Part shown: one piece after another, positions 45,811-57,025 of the stretch
How positions within the stretch are numbered: position 1 is the first letter of the stretch
Layout of the letters: each line of letters starts with the position of its first letter
Assembly: GCF_009914755.1 (NCBI RefSeq)
Contig: NC_060927.1
DNA length: 64,000 nucleotides
Direction: 5' to 3' (one strand)
Source: the human T2T-CHM13v2.0 reference genome, Homo sapiens
The notes under the pieces: model-generated
Database searches by the model: none
What the model was told of the DNA's origin: nothing
What the model saw: only the letters and a program-made list of their open reading frames with translations
Program-made: the position numbers and the translations under genes

Positions 45811-46199
45811 GTGGTGTACCAACCACTTAAGGATGTTATTCTTATCTTGTCTGTGGAAGAATGAAAGCTCCGGAAGGAAACTTATCCCAGGCACACAGCT
45901 GTGTTGCTGAGATGACATCGAGTGCTTTCCCCTATGCCATGGTACCCCGTGCGTGATTCGAGTTGGCTTTGCTGTGTCTCAGTATGGCCATAAGGCAATT
46001 CCATTCATCCATTTATCTATCTATGCATCTATCCAGTTATGTATGGTCTTCTCTCAAGTTACTGCAACTTCAGACTCCACATCAGATGTCTAAGTGCCTG
46101 AAGACTAGGCATTAATATCTTTAATTTGAATGCTTTATTACGTCTCTCATTCACCAGTGGCCAGCCAGCAAAGCCAAGAGTAGCCACCATCCCTCCCCA

Positions 46200-46481
46200 G
46201 TGTCATGGTTCAATAGATTGAACCTGCCAGGCACACTCCCACTCAGTGCCTTTGCACTTAACGTTTGCCCTTCCTGGAATATCTTTCCCTCAGATACTCA
46301 CATCTCTCAGGTATAACTCAAATGTCACCTTCTCAGTGAGGTCTTCCCTGACTATGGTTTCTAGAATTGCCCCCTCCCATTTCTTATCCTTCTTTGCTTT
46401 CTTCTTTCCCCACCCTTAACATCACCATTATCAAACATATAACGTAGTTTACTTATTTACCTTGTTTTTGTATGTCTTCCC
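46200..46481 (+). mobile_element. L2 3' end, target of the HERV-H insertion (continues 52205-52310)
   Basis: gcctttgcactt...ctcaaatgtcaccttctcagtgagg before the provirus; aagctaagtgagggaagagat...aacaaatgaat after it. Confidence 0.75.
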
Positions 46482-46934
46482 TTTCATGCGCGTCTGTGTG
46501 AAGAGACCACCAAACAGGCTTTGTGTGAGCAACAAGGCTGTTTATTTCACCTGGGTGCAGGCGGGCTGAGTCGGAAAAGAGAGTCAGCGAAGGGAGATAA
46601 GGGTGGGGCCGTTTTATAGGATTTGGGTAGGTAAAGGAAAATTACAGTCAAAGGGGGTTTGTTCTCTGGCGGGTAGGAGCGGGGGTCGCAAGGTGCTCAG
46701 TGGGGGTGCTTTTTGAGCCAGGATGAGCCAGGAAAAGGACTTTCACAAGGTAATGTCATCAGTTAAGGCAAGGACTGGCCATTTACACTTCTTTTGTGGT
46801 GGAATGTCATCAGTTAAGGTGGGGCAGGGCATATTCACTTCTTTTGTGATTCTTTAGTTACTTCAGGCCATCTGGGCATATACATGCAGGTCACAGGGGA
46901 TGCAATGGCTTGGCTTGGGCTCAGAGGCCTGACA
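46482..46934 (-). mobile_element. 3' LTR7 of HERV-H
   Basis: Minus strand TGTCAGGCCTCTGAGCCCAAGC...GACGCGCATGAAA; AATAAA at 46546-46541; preceded by PPT AAGAAGGCAGGAA (46947-46935). Confidence 0.95.
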
Positions 46935-48987
46935 TTCCTGCCTTCTTAATAAGAAAAATAAAACAAGATAGTGTTGAAGTGTTGGGGCGGGGAAAATTTT
47001 TGTGGAGTGGTATGGAGAGAGAGTGGACGATGTTTCTCAGGGCTGCTTCAAGCGGGATTAGGGGCGGTGTGGGAACCTAGAGTCGGAGAGATTAAGCTGA
47101 AAGGAGATCTTATGGTAAGGGGTGATATTGTGGGGTTGTTAGAAGAAACATTTGTTGTATAGAATGATTGGTGATGGCCTGGATACGGTTTTGTATGAAC
47201 TGAAAAACTAAATGGAATAAGAAGGAGAAAAACAGGTATAAAAGGTCTAAGAATTGGGAGGACCTAGGGCATCTGATTAGAGAGTGCCTAAGGAAATTCA
47301 GCATAGTCCTGCCAGCAAAGATTATTTATTTACTTCAAGAGTTAAGAGTGGCGGTTTGGGGATAGCACCAGGAGATATCAGCTATGATGGCTTGGAGAAA
47401 CAGTGTAAACCGGCAGTGTAAACAAGAGCAGGGCATGTATGAGTAGTTGAGAATGGAAAATAGGAGTATGACTAGACAGAAAATAGTAGGGATGACAAGT
47501 TTTTTTGGGGGCACAGTCTAAGTTGGTCCGGTGTCTGGAATGAGACTGGGGCCTAATAAAAAGGAGCATCTATACAGGAGCTTAAATGGGCTGTACCTTG
47601 TAGCATTCCGAGGACAGGCCTGAATTCTGAGAAGGGAAAGTGATAAAAGTATTGTCCAGTCCTTTTTGGTGGCTGAGCTTGGTGAGGTGTGTTTTTAAAA
47701 GACCTTCAGTCCATTCTACCTTTCTTGAAGATGGAGGACTGTAAGGGATATAAAGGTTTCACTGAATACTAAGAGCCTGAAAAACTGCTTGGCTGATTTG
47801 ACTAATAAAGGCTCATCTGTTATCAGACTGTATTGAGGTGGGAAGGCTAAAATGAGGAATTATGTCTGACAGAACGGAAGAAATGACTGGTGGCCTTCTC
47901 AGACCCTGTAGGAAACGCCTTTACTTATTCAGTGAAAGTGTCTATTTAGACTAAGAGGTATTTTAGTTTCCTGACTCGGGCATGTTAAGTAAAGCTAATT
48001 TGCCAGTCCTGGGTGGGGGCAAATCCCTGAGCTTGATGTGTAGGGAAGGGAGGGGGCCTGAATAATCCCTGAGGAGTAGTAGAATAGCAGATGGAACACT
48101 GAGAAGTTATTTCCTTGAGGATAGATTTCCACGATGGAAAGGAAATGAGAGGTTCTGAGAGGCAGGCTAGTGGCTTGTACTATAGCATAGCCTGCCTTTG
48201 CTGGTATGTGGCGATTAGGCCTGGTGGAACTACCATCAATAAATCAAGCGTGATCAGGGTGAGGAACAGGAAAGAAGGAAATATGGGAAAATGGGGTGAA
48301 TATCAGGTGGATCAGAGAGACACAGTCGTGGGGGTCAGGTGTGGTATCAAGAATAATGTGGGAGGCCGGATTGAAGTCCGGGCCAGGAACAATGGTAATT
48401 GTGGGACTTAACAAAGAGTGAGTACAGCTGAAGGAGCCAGGGAGCAGAAAGCATATGCGTCAGGTATGAGGAAGAAAATAGATTTTGGAAGTTATGAGAA
48501 ATGTAGAGAGTGAGTTGAGCATAGTTTGTGATTTTTAGGGCCTCTAAAAGTATTAAAGCAGCGGCAGCCTCTGCACGCAGACATGAGGGCTAGGCTAAAA
48601 CAGTAAGGTCAAGTTGTTTGGACAGAAAGGCTACAGGGTGTGGTCCTGGCTCTTGTGTAAGAATTCTGACTGCACTATAACCATGCCTAGGAAGGAAAGG
48701 AGTTGTTGTTTTGTAAGGGATTGAGGTTTGGGAGATTAATCGGACACGATCAGCAGGGAAAGCACGTGTGTTTTTATGAGAATTATGCCGAGATAGGTAA
48801 CAGATGAGGATGAAATTTGGGCTTGACTGAAGTAATGGGGGCTGTCTGTGAAGCCTTGTGGCAGTACAGCCCAGGTAATTTGCTGAGCCTAATCAGTGTC
48901 AGGGTGAGTCTAAGTGAAAGCAAAGAGAGGCTGGGATGAAGGGTGCAAAGGAATAGTAAAGAAAGCATGTTTGAGTTCTAGAACAGA

Positions 48988-49302
48988 CTAATGGGTAGTA
49001 GAGGGAGGTATTGAGGATAGGAGAGTATACGGGTTTGGCACCACGGGGTGGATAGGCAAAACAATTTGGTTGATAAGGCACAGATCCTGAACTAACTTGT
49101 AAGGCTTGTCCGGTTTTAGGACAGGTAAAATGGGGGAATTGTAAGGGGAGTTTATAGGCTTTAAAAGGCCATGCTGTAGCAGACGAGTGATAACAGGCTT
49201 TAACCTTTTTAAAGTGTGCTGCGGGATGGGATATTGGCGTTGAGTAGGGTAAGGGTGATTAGGTTTTAATGAGATGGTAAGGGGTGCATGATCGGTCACC
49301 AA
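48988..49302 (-). pseudogene. HERV-H pol (reverse transcriptase N-terminal) remnant
   Basis: QRQYPIP..LKPVITRLLQHGLLKPINSPYNSPILPVLKPDKPYKLVQDL..NQIVLPIHPVVPNPYTLLS, gammaretroviral RT motifs; frame ends before any YxDD. Confidence 0.9.
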
Positions 49303-49455
49303 GGAGGGAGTAGACGTATCTTATACTTGTGGGTTAAGGTGGGGGGATACAAGAGGAGGACGCAAAGGAGGCTTTTGATTGGGAAGAAGGGCGGCAATGA
49401 GATATAGCTGTAGTCCAGGAATAGTCAGGGAAGCAGACAATTTAGTTAAAGTGTC

Positions 49456-49680
49456 TCAGCCTAATAAGGGAACTGGGCAGGTGGGGATAACTAAAAAGGA
49501 GTGCTTTAAAGAGTATTGTCTAAGTTGGCACCAGAGTTGGGGAGTTTTAAGAGGTTTAGAAGCCTGGCTGTCAATACTCACAACAGTTATGGAGGCAAGG
49601 GAAACAGACCCTTGAAAAGAAGGTAATGTGGAGTGGGTAGCCTCCGTATTGATTAAGAAGGGGACGGACTTACCCTCCAC
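49456..49680 (-). pseudogene. HERV-H protease remnant
   Basis: EGKSVPFLINTEATHSTLP..HSFLVIPTCPVPLLG; catalytic DTG reads NTE. Confidence 0.85.
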
Positions 49681-51040
49681 TGTGAGTTACCTAAAGCTCG
49701 GCGTCCATGATGGTCTGCGGGGCTTCTGAGGCGATCAGGCAGCGTCAGTCTTCAGCCAGTAAGCCAAGAAGGAGTCAGTCAGAGAACCTTGGGCCAGAGT
49801 TCCAGGAGCTCTGGGAGTGGCTGCCAGGTGAGTTGAACAGTCCGATTTTCAGTGGGGTCCCACACAGATGGGACGCGGCTTAGGAGGAATCCCGGGCTGC
49901 GGGCGTTCCTTGGCCCAGTGGCCAGATTTCCGGCATGTGTAGCAAGTTCCTGGGGGAGGAGGTTCTGGAGAAACGTCTGGCTGCTACAGTTCAGGCGTTT
50001 GGAAGTTCTTGTGTGCTGGAGATGTGGCTGGGGTTTGTCTCACAGTGGAGGCAAGGAATTGCAACTTTTTTCTGTTATTTCACACCTTGAAGGTGAGGTT
50101 AATTAAGTCCTGTTGTGGGGTTTGAGGGCCAGATTCCAGTTTTTGGAGTTTTATTTAATGTCGGGAGCAGATTGGGTAATAAAATGTATATTGAGAATAA
50201 GATGGCCTTTTGACCTTTTAGGGGCTAGGGCTGTAAAGTGTCTTAGGGTTGCTGCCAAACGAGCCATGAACTGGGCTAGATTTTTATATTTGATGAAAAA
50301 GAGCCTAAACACTATCTGATTTGGGATAAAGAAAAAGGAGCATTAACCTTGACTATGCGTTTAGCTCCAGCCACCTTTTTAAGAATAAATTGCTGGGCAG
50401 GTCGGGGAGGGCTAGTCACGGAATGAAACTGTAAGCCGGAGCAGGTGTGAGGAGGGGAGGTGATAAAAAGATTATAGGGTGGAGGAGCAGAGGCTGAGGA
50501 AGAATTGGGACCTAGCTCGGCCTGGCAAGGAGCAGCCTGGGGAGGAAGGGAGAGGTCAGATGGGTCTGTAGAAAAGGAAGATTAGAAAGACTCAGTGACG
50601 CTTGGGGTTGGTACTGAGGGGACAGGCGGGAGGGAAAGAAGGAAGATTTGGGACGAGTTGCACTGGGCACAGAGACTAGGAAGGGACTGATGTGTAAAAG
50701 AATGCCTGGACGTCAGGCACCTCACACCATTTGCCCATTTTACGCCAAGAATTATTTAGATCTTGTAGGGTGGAAAAATTGAAAGTGCCATTTTCTGGCT
50801 ATTTGGAACTACTGTTGAGTTTGTATTGGGGTCAAGTGGCGTTGCAGAAGAAAATAAGACGCTTAGATTTTAGGTCAGGTGAGAATTGAAGAGATTTTAA
50901 GTTCTTAAGAATACATGCTAAGGGAGAAGAAAGGAATGGAAGGTGGAAGCTTGCCCATAGTGAAGGAGGCAAGCCCAGAGAAAAGAGTAGAGACACGGAG
51001 AAGGGGTGGGGGTTTCTTCCCCTCCAGAAAAGCAGAGAAA

Positions 51041-51329
51041 GGGTTGGGGCGCGGAAATAAGGGATTGGGGCGCAGAGATAAGAGATTGGGGCGTGGAAAT
51101 AAGGGATTGGGGCACAGAGATAAGAGGTTGGGGCGTGAAAATAAGCGATTGGGGGGTTCTTGCCCCCTAGGAAAGCGGGACTTGCTGCTAAGGGTGAAGG
51201 AGAAGGGGTTGAGGGGTACTTGCCCCTGCCCCAGAAAAGCGGGACTTGCCGCTAAGGGTGAAGGAGAAGGGGTTGAGGGGTACTTGCCCCTGCCCCAGGA
51301 AAGCGGGACTTGCCGCTAAGGGTGAAGGA
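51041..51329. repeat. Tandem repeats in the HERV-H leader: 21-bp unit x~5.5 and 64-bp unit x~2.5
   Basis: ggattggggcgcagagataag-type units at 51041-51155; aaagcgggacttgc units at 51172, 51236, 51300. Confidence 0.9.
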
Positions 51330-51730
51330 CCAAGGCAGGCATCCCTGCGTGGTCTGAAACGTGAAATCAGAGAGGCGTCCCTGCAATGATTAAACACCAA
51401 GGGAAGACTGCCTTCCCAGTCCGTGACCGGCGCCGGAGTTTTGGGTTCACGGATAAAACATGTCTCTTTTGTCTCTACCAGAGAATGAAAGGAATTGAAA
51501 TTAAGAGAAGGGAGAGATTGAAGTGTGGCGCCAAGATTGAAAGGAGAAAGAGGTTGAGGGATAGTGAGGGAGGTTGGAGAACAGAGTAAAAAGAGGCCGC
51601 TTACCGGATTTGAAATTGGTGAGATGTTTCTTGGGCTGGTTGGTCTGAGGACCTGAGGTCGTAGGTGGATCTTTCTCACGGAGCAAAGAGCAGGAGGACA
51701 GGGGATTGATCTCCCAAGGGAGGTCCCCCG

Positions 51731-51748
51731 ATCCGAGTCACGGCACCA
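51731..51748 (-). promoter_or_regulatory. tRNA-His primer-binding site
   Basis: Minus strand TGGTGCCGTGACTCGGAT, directly after the 5' LTR. Confidence 0.95.
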
Positions 51749-51750
51749 AA

Positions 51751-52204
51751 TTTCATGCGCGTCCGTGTGAAGAGACCACCAAACAGGCTTTGTGTGAGCA
51801 ACGAGGCTGTTTATTTCACCTGGGTGCAGGCGGGCTGAGTCCGAAAAGAGAGTCAGCGAAGGGAGATAAGGGTGGGGCCGTTTTATAGGATTTGGTTAGG
51901 TAAAGGAAAATTACAGTCAAAGGGGGTTTGTTCTCTGGCGGGTAGGAGCGGGGGGTCGCAAGGTGCTCAGTGGGGGTGCTTTTTGAGCCAGGATGAGCCA
52001 GGAAAAGGACTTTCACAAGGTAATGTCATCAGTTAAGGCAAGGACTGGCCATTTACACTTCTTTTGTGGTGGAATGTCATCAGTTAAGGTGGGGCAGGGC
52101 ATATTCACTTCTTTTGTGATTCTTCAGTTACTTCAGGCCATCTGGGCGTGTACGTGCATGTCATAGGGGATGCGATGGCTTGGCTTGGGCTCAGAGGCCT
52201 GACA
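51751..52204 (-). promoter_or_regulatory. 5' LTR7 of HERV-H: promoter with TATA, GC/GT box, duplicated SOX-like and KLF-like motifs
   Basis: TATAAAA 51887-51881, GCCCCACCC ~51878-51870, two CACAAAAGAAGTG (52068-52056, 52118-52106), GCCCCACC ~52095-52088. Confidence 0.9.
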
Positions 52205-53035
52205 TTCCCAAAGAGAATACGAAGCTAAGTGAGGGAAGAGATTTTTTTATGTTTCATTCCTAGTGCTGTGTGGGCACTTAGCAAATAATTTTAGAACAAA
52301 TGAATACACTTTGCAGATTTTAATAGAGAAGGTTTTTACTTACTGAAGGTTGAAGATTTTGTATGTGTTTCCCATCTCGCAGCATTGACATGTAATTGTA
52401 GGGATTTTAAAGGACATGGTATTACTTTCAATTGCATCATTAATAGCATTAATTAAGGGAATTTTTCACCCCGATTCCAGGGAAGGACATTCTGCTCTGG
52501 CAACCATATTCAGTCACTCTAGCTGCCTACCACTCACAAAGGCTGAGAGCTGCTAAAATCTTACATAAAGCTGAAAGTTGAAGAAGTCTAGGGTTTTACA
52601 TACCAGTGAGCGCAATCTTAGAACTTCAGCATGCCATACATGCTAACGTATAAACTAATATGTAAGTTTACATGCCAACAATATAAATTTGAAATGAACC
52701 CTTATTAAGAAAATACTTGGGCTTCTCAAGTGAATTGTCATGTTACTGACTTTCTCCCTATATGCCTAAAACCTCCTTGATTTTATTATATGCTGCATTC
52801 TGTACTCATCAGATCCACCCGAACTAGCCTCATTTAGATTTTGAAAGAGATATTGTCTCTCAAGTAGCCCATTGTTTGTATAATGTGTTCCTAAAACATT
52901 TCTGTGCCAACTCCTTTGGGCTTATTTCCTAAAACACAGTCCATACCTGAAGGTAAGAGAGGTTGTGCAATCCTAGACTCTTCCTTCCCACCTCTTGTGT
53001 ATTTTTTGAAATCCCCCTGTGATCTGTATTTGGAT

Positions 53036-53938
53036 CTATTGGAAAAAAAAAAAAAAGCCAAGCTCGATGAAGTATTTAAAGATATTTATTCTGAGCCAAA
53101 TATGAATGACTGTGTCCTGGGGTGCAGCCTCAAGGGGTCCTGAGAGCATATGCCTAAGTTGTGGTCATGTTACAGCTTGGTTTTATACATTTAAGGGAGA
53201 CTGAAGTTACAGGCAAAGACATAATACATGTAAGGTATACATTGGTTTAGCCTGGAAAGGCAAGACATTTCAAAGGGATAGGGGACACTTACAGGTCACA
53301 GGTGGATTCAAAGATTTCTGACTGGCAGTTGGTTGAAAGAATTAAGCTTTGCATGAAGAGTTGAAGTCAGCAGAAAGAAATCCTTGAGTTAAGAGGGGTG
53401 TGGAAGCCAGGGTTTTGTTATGTAGATGAAGCCTCTAAGTGGCAGGCTTCAGAGAGAATAGATGGCAAATATCTCTTTTCAGACCTGAAAAGATGTCAAA
53501 GTCTTAGTTGAATCTCTCCTGGATTAGGAAAAGACCTAGAAAGGGAAGGAAATTCTCTAGCGAATGCAAATATCCCCCACAGGAGAAGACTTTATATGAC
53601 CATTTCCAAATAAATAAATATATTTTGGAGTAAAATACCTTGATTTCCTTCAGGGCCTACTATCTGCCTTTCAGTGCTATGCCAGAGTCAGGTTGGAATT
53701 TTGTATATTATTGCTACAAAGAGTCTGTTTTGTCAGTCTTATGATTGTGGTTTTAACATTAGTGCTGATCAGTTCTCCCAAAACTCCAAAGGGAGGGGGT
53801 ATAACCAGGTATGTCTGACCCTTCCCCCACTTCCTGGCATGGCCTGAAGTACTTTTTCAGATTTCTTTGGGATTCCCTTGGCCAACAGTAAGGTCTGTTC
53901 GGTTGGTTGGAGGGCTTAGAATTTTATTTTTGGCTTAA
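53036..53938 (-). mobile_element. MER4-family ERV1 solo LTR
   Basis: gatatttattctgagccaaatatga...cagcttggttttatacattt...ggagggcttagaattttatttttggctta. Confidence 0.8.
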
Positions 53939-54127
53939 AGATCCAATTTGTCAGAGCAAATGTGGTGATCTGTGTGGAAAGACTTTTTGTATAGGTTGTT
54001 TTGGTGGTGGACAGTGTGCTGTCATTTTAAAAGGCTTCCTTAGTCCCAGGTCTCATGTCTCTGATTTTTCACTGATACACAGAATTCTCTGATATGTATA
54101 CTATTTTGAACTTATTTCTTTCCCTAG

Positions 54128-54241
54128 TTCAACCACACGGGACAAGGAAGTATCTGCAGTCAGGCCATCATGCTCATAACTGATGGGGCGGTGGACACCT
54201 ATGATACAATCTTTGCAAAATACAATTGGCCAGATCGAAAG
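54128..54241 (+). CDS. CACNA2D3: CACNA2D3 internal coding exon (probably exon 11), [41 protein letters not shown] domain including the TDG MIDAS aspartate
   Basis: cttatttctttccctag acceptor, 114-nt stop-free exon in frame with the previous exon, AAG|gtaagt donor; AIMLITDG and YNWP motifs typical of alpha2delta. Not in the ORF track. Confidence 0.96.
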
Positions 54242-56678
54242 GTAAGTTGATGCTGATCCCGTCTGTGCGGTGGACTCCTTGAGAATCTTTACTGTAATCT
54301 CCAGCTTGTCCATGAGTAAGTGCCTCATGTAGACTTAATCTCATAATGATCTGTGGTTTCTCAGCCTTGTGTTTTTTGGTTGACCAAAACTGAAGACCGG
54401 CTTTTCTTGTTTTCAAAAATGAAACTTTTGGAGGAGAGAAGAAACTTGTAAAGACATAGTGGACGTATTCTGTGAAAAGATTCATTGTGAAGTGTGCTTC
54501 ATCCATATTGGGTTGTGCTTTTCTTTATTTTTATTTGCCCTTGAGGCAGAGCTGCATGTTGGGCCCAGCATCTATACAATGGTGAAATCAGTCATGGTAG
54601 CCCTGCAGGCCTCCCCTTTACATATTGTGTTTGTATAGTTCCTCCCACGGCCCCCATTACCACCCAGAAACTTCTCTCTATCTCCCACTGCTGTTCTTCA
54701 CCATTGTCAGAACTTGTCTGTTCTCTATTCTGATCCTGCCTTTGCTTTCCACGTTGACAGTTATTAACCTTTTGAGGCCATTGTGAGGTTATTAATTGAC
54801 TGATACTAATATTTTTGGTGTATTCTGAGTGCCTGAACTCAGAGGTTTCTCAAGCTGTTATCTTGCCTGAGTTCCCTGGGGAGATCTTTAAAATTATGTG
54901 TATCCTACCCCACCCCTCCAGCAGCAAAATCTCTGGGGATGTGGTTCAGTAATCCATGTTTTTAACAAGTTTCTCAGTGGGCACCAGCCAGTAGACTGAC
55001 AATTGGTGGTCACTGTCTCACCTAAATGGTGGAATTTTAGCAGGGAAAAGACATCAAAGTGGGTGCTCTTCTGGGGGTATCACAAAGGTGTTTTTCTACT
55101 GCATGTGCCAGTAGTGTTATCCTGACTGTCTCTATAGGTACACGAGTCAGTCCAGGCCAAGTCCGTACTGCTTTATCTGTTTTGCATACTTAATTTCTGG
55201 GAATTAAACACACTGGTAAAAAGAAACGGGAGACAAATGACAGCTGTGTCCTCAACTCTATCTAGGGAGCACATACTCTGAACATGAGATGGGAGGTGTC
55301 TTTCTATATTCCCTTAGTCACTGTTGGTCCACACCTATCACTGCCATCTCACCTCACCAAGTGTGAGCCTGGTCTTTAAGACTACGTACATTTTGTGCAA
55401 CATGGTCCCCAAATGGGTGCCAACTCCTTCCCCTGCTATCCAGTCTTGAAAAGAGCCATCACCTCTGAAGCTGGAGAAAAAGCTGGCGGTGCTGAGGTGA
55501 CTATGTGGGATTCTGAGATGTCTCCTGCCCAGAGGATATCCAGGAATAAATTTGATCAACCATAAACACTGAGTTCAGTCCAACCCTTGAAGTAGATGGA
55601 GGTTCACTCTTAGACAGGGTTATATTAGATGTCAGCAGTAGTTCATGTGGTAACTTCCAGAGACAGGTAGAGGCCAGAATTAGTTCATAATAAACATACA
55701 TGATGTGAAAGGAGGAGACTGCTTGACACAGTTGCACCTCTGTAGCACACGGCCCAGTGCTGAGCGTCTGGCAGGGCCTAATGCACAGCCCTGCCAGGTG
55801 GCTGAGTGACTGAGGGTGCTAAGAGGGAGGCTCCAGTATAAGTAAACACGAGTAGGGCCATGGACATTTTGCAGCCAAATAGAATGTTCACAGATGTCAT
55901 GACATCTCAAATGATGGTGAAGGATATTTTGCATTATTTAGAGCCATTTATAAAAGCAGAAGAAAGTGAAGGGGAGTTTTAATAAGCAGCTCTATGAACA
56001 GCAAGTGTTTTTTCATGTGAGTCTCACATGTTGTATCACATGAATCTTTCCCACTTGGTGACATTCAATGAATAGCATTTACCCAAGAATATTGATATTT
56101 AAATGCCCTGTCCTTACTTGTAGAGGCATAGGATGAGGGCTGCAAAGTCCTAATTCTCCAGACAAAACACAAATTTCAGTGTATCTTTCCAAATGAATAG
56201 TATTCATTTTAGGCCAGATGCGTTCTTGGATTAATTGAAACCAGAATTCTGGAAATTTCAACATTACTTAAAGCAGTTTCATCTACTTATCAAGTATTAT
56301 CAAGCAGAAGTGGATTTTCTTTCTGTAGCAAAAGGGTCTTCTTTTATGATTACAAGTTAACTGCAGTCTTTCTTTCCCTCTGCCCTATTCTGGAGAGTTC
56401 CACGACATTTTTATACATATACATTCTCTTCTTTATGAACTTCCATGTGAAGGTGCAGGTAATCAACTCGCATAAAAACCGAATACGATTCAGCATTGTG
56501 TTAAAGTGAGATGATGAGCAATGTCTGAGCAGTCATCTTTCTCCATTATTTTGAATGTTAGCTATTCAGTAGAGAGTTGTGCCATGTTGTAATTGACAAT
56601 CTTCAAGATTGTAAAAATGGGAAATGGGTTCAGGACAGAAAAAAATGATCTCAAGGCTGGAATGTGATTCCCATAAAA

Positions 56679-56840
56679 CAGTAGTTCTCAAACTTGAGTG
56701 AGCTTCGGGATCACCCGAGGGCTTGTTCCTCTACAACTTCTGATGCAGTAGATCTGAGTGAGGCTGAGAGTTTGCATTTCTAACTAGTTCCTGAGTGCTG
56801 CGGAGGCTGCTGGTGGGGAACCACACTTGTGGAACTACTG
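56679..56840. mobile_element. MER5A-like MITE
   Basis: cagtagttctcaaacttgagtg...gtttgcatttctaac...ccacacttgtggaactactg. Confidence 0.8.
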
Positions 56841-57025
56841 CCACAAGAAATAGCCTGAAGAATAGGGTTTAGATACTCTGCAGGCTTTGCCATATTGCTG
56901 CCGTCTATTGACTTTTACAAGGACTCATTTCCTCAGTTGAATTCACTGCACAGGTTTGTGTTTCTTGGTTCATATTCTGTCTTAAAAACTGTCAATTACC
57001 AATCAACATTAAAAGTCAAGATATT

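Larger units (their letters stand above)
44124..51857 (-). ncRNA. ESRG: ESRG (HESRG): HERV-H LTR7-driven lncRNA antisense to CACNA2D3; ends approximate
   Basis: Established: ESRG is a HERV-H-derived ES-cell transcript in a CACNA2D3 intron. Seen: minus-strand TATAAAA at 51887-51881, donor CCG|GTAAGC at 51605/51604, poly(A) signals ATTAAA 44150-44145 and AATAAA 44258-44253. Ends inferred from these signals plus recollection of the annotation. Confidence 0.75.
46482..52204 (-). mobile_element. Two-LTR HERV-H provirus (~5.7 kb deleted type; env largely absent)
   Basis: Two ~454-bp LTRs, 5-bp TSD TTCCC (46477-46481, 52205-52209), tRNA-His PBS, polypurine tract next to the 3' LTR, pro and RT remnants. 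Confidence 0.97.

Noticed and set aside
47000-50900. Functional retroviral Gag, Pol or Env
   Set aside because: Only short broken frames; protease DTG reads NTE, RT is truncated, env is largely deleted.
51041-51329. CRISPR-like periodic repeats
   Set aside because: Head-to-tail minisatellite without unique spacers, inside a mammalian ERV; no cas genes.
50915-51679. Repetitive ORFs (GLGRGNK, PQSLISA) and a 163-aa leader ORF
   Set aside because: Products of the 21-bp tandem repeat and the HERV-H leader; no intact gag, and most starts are non-ATG.
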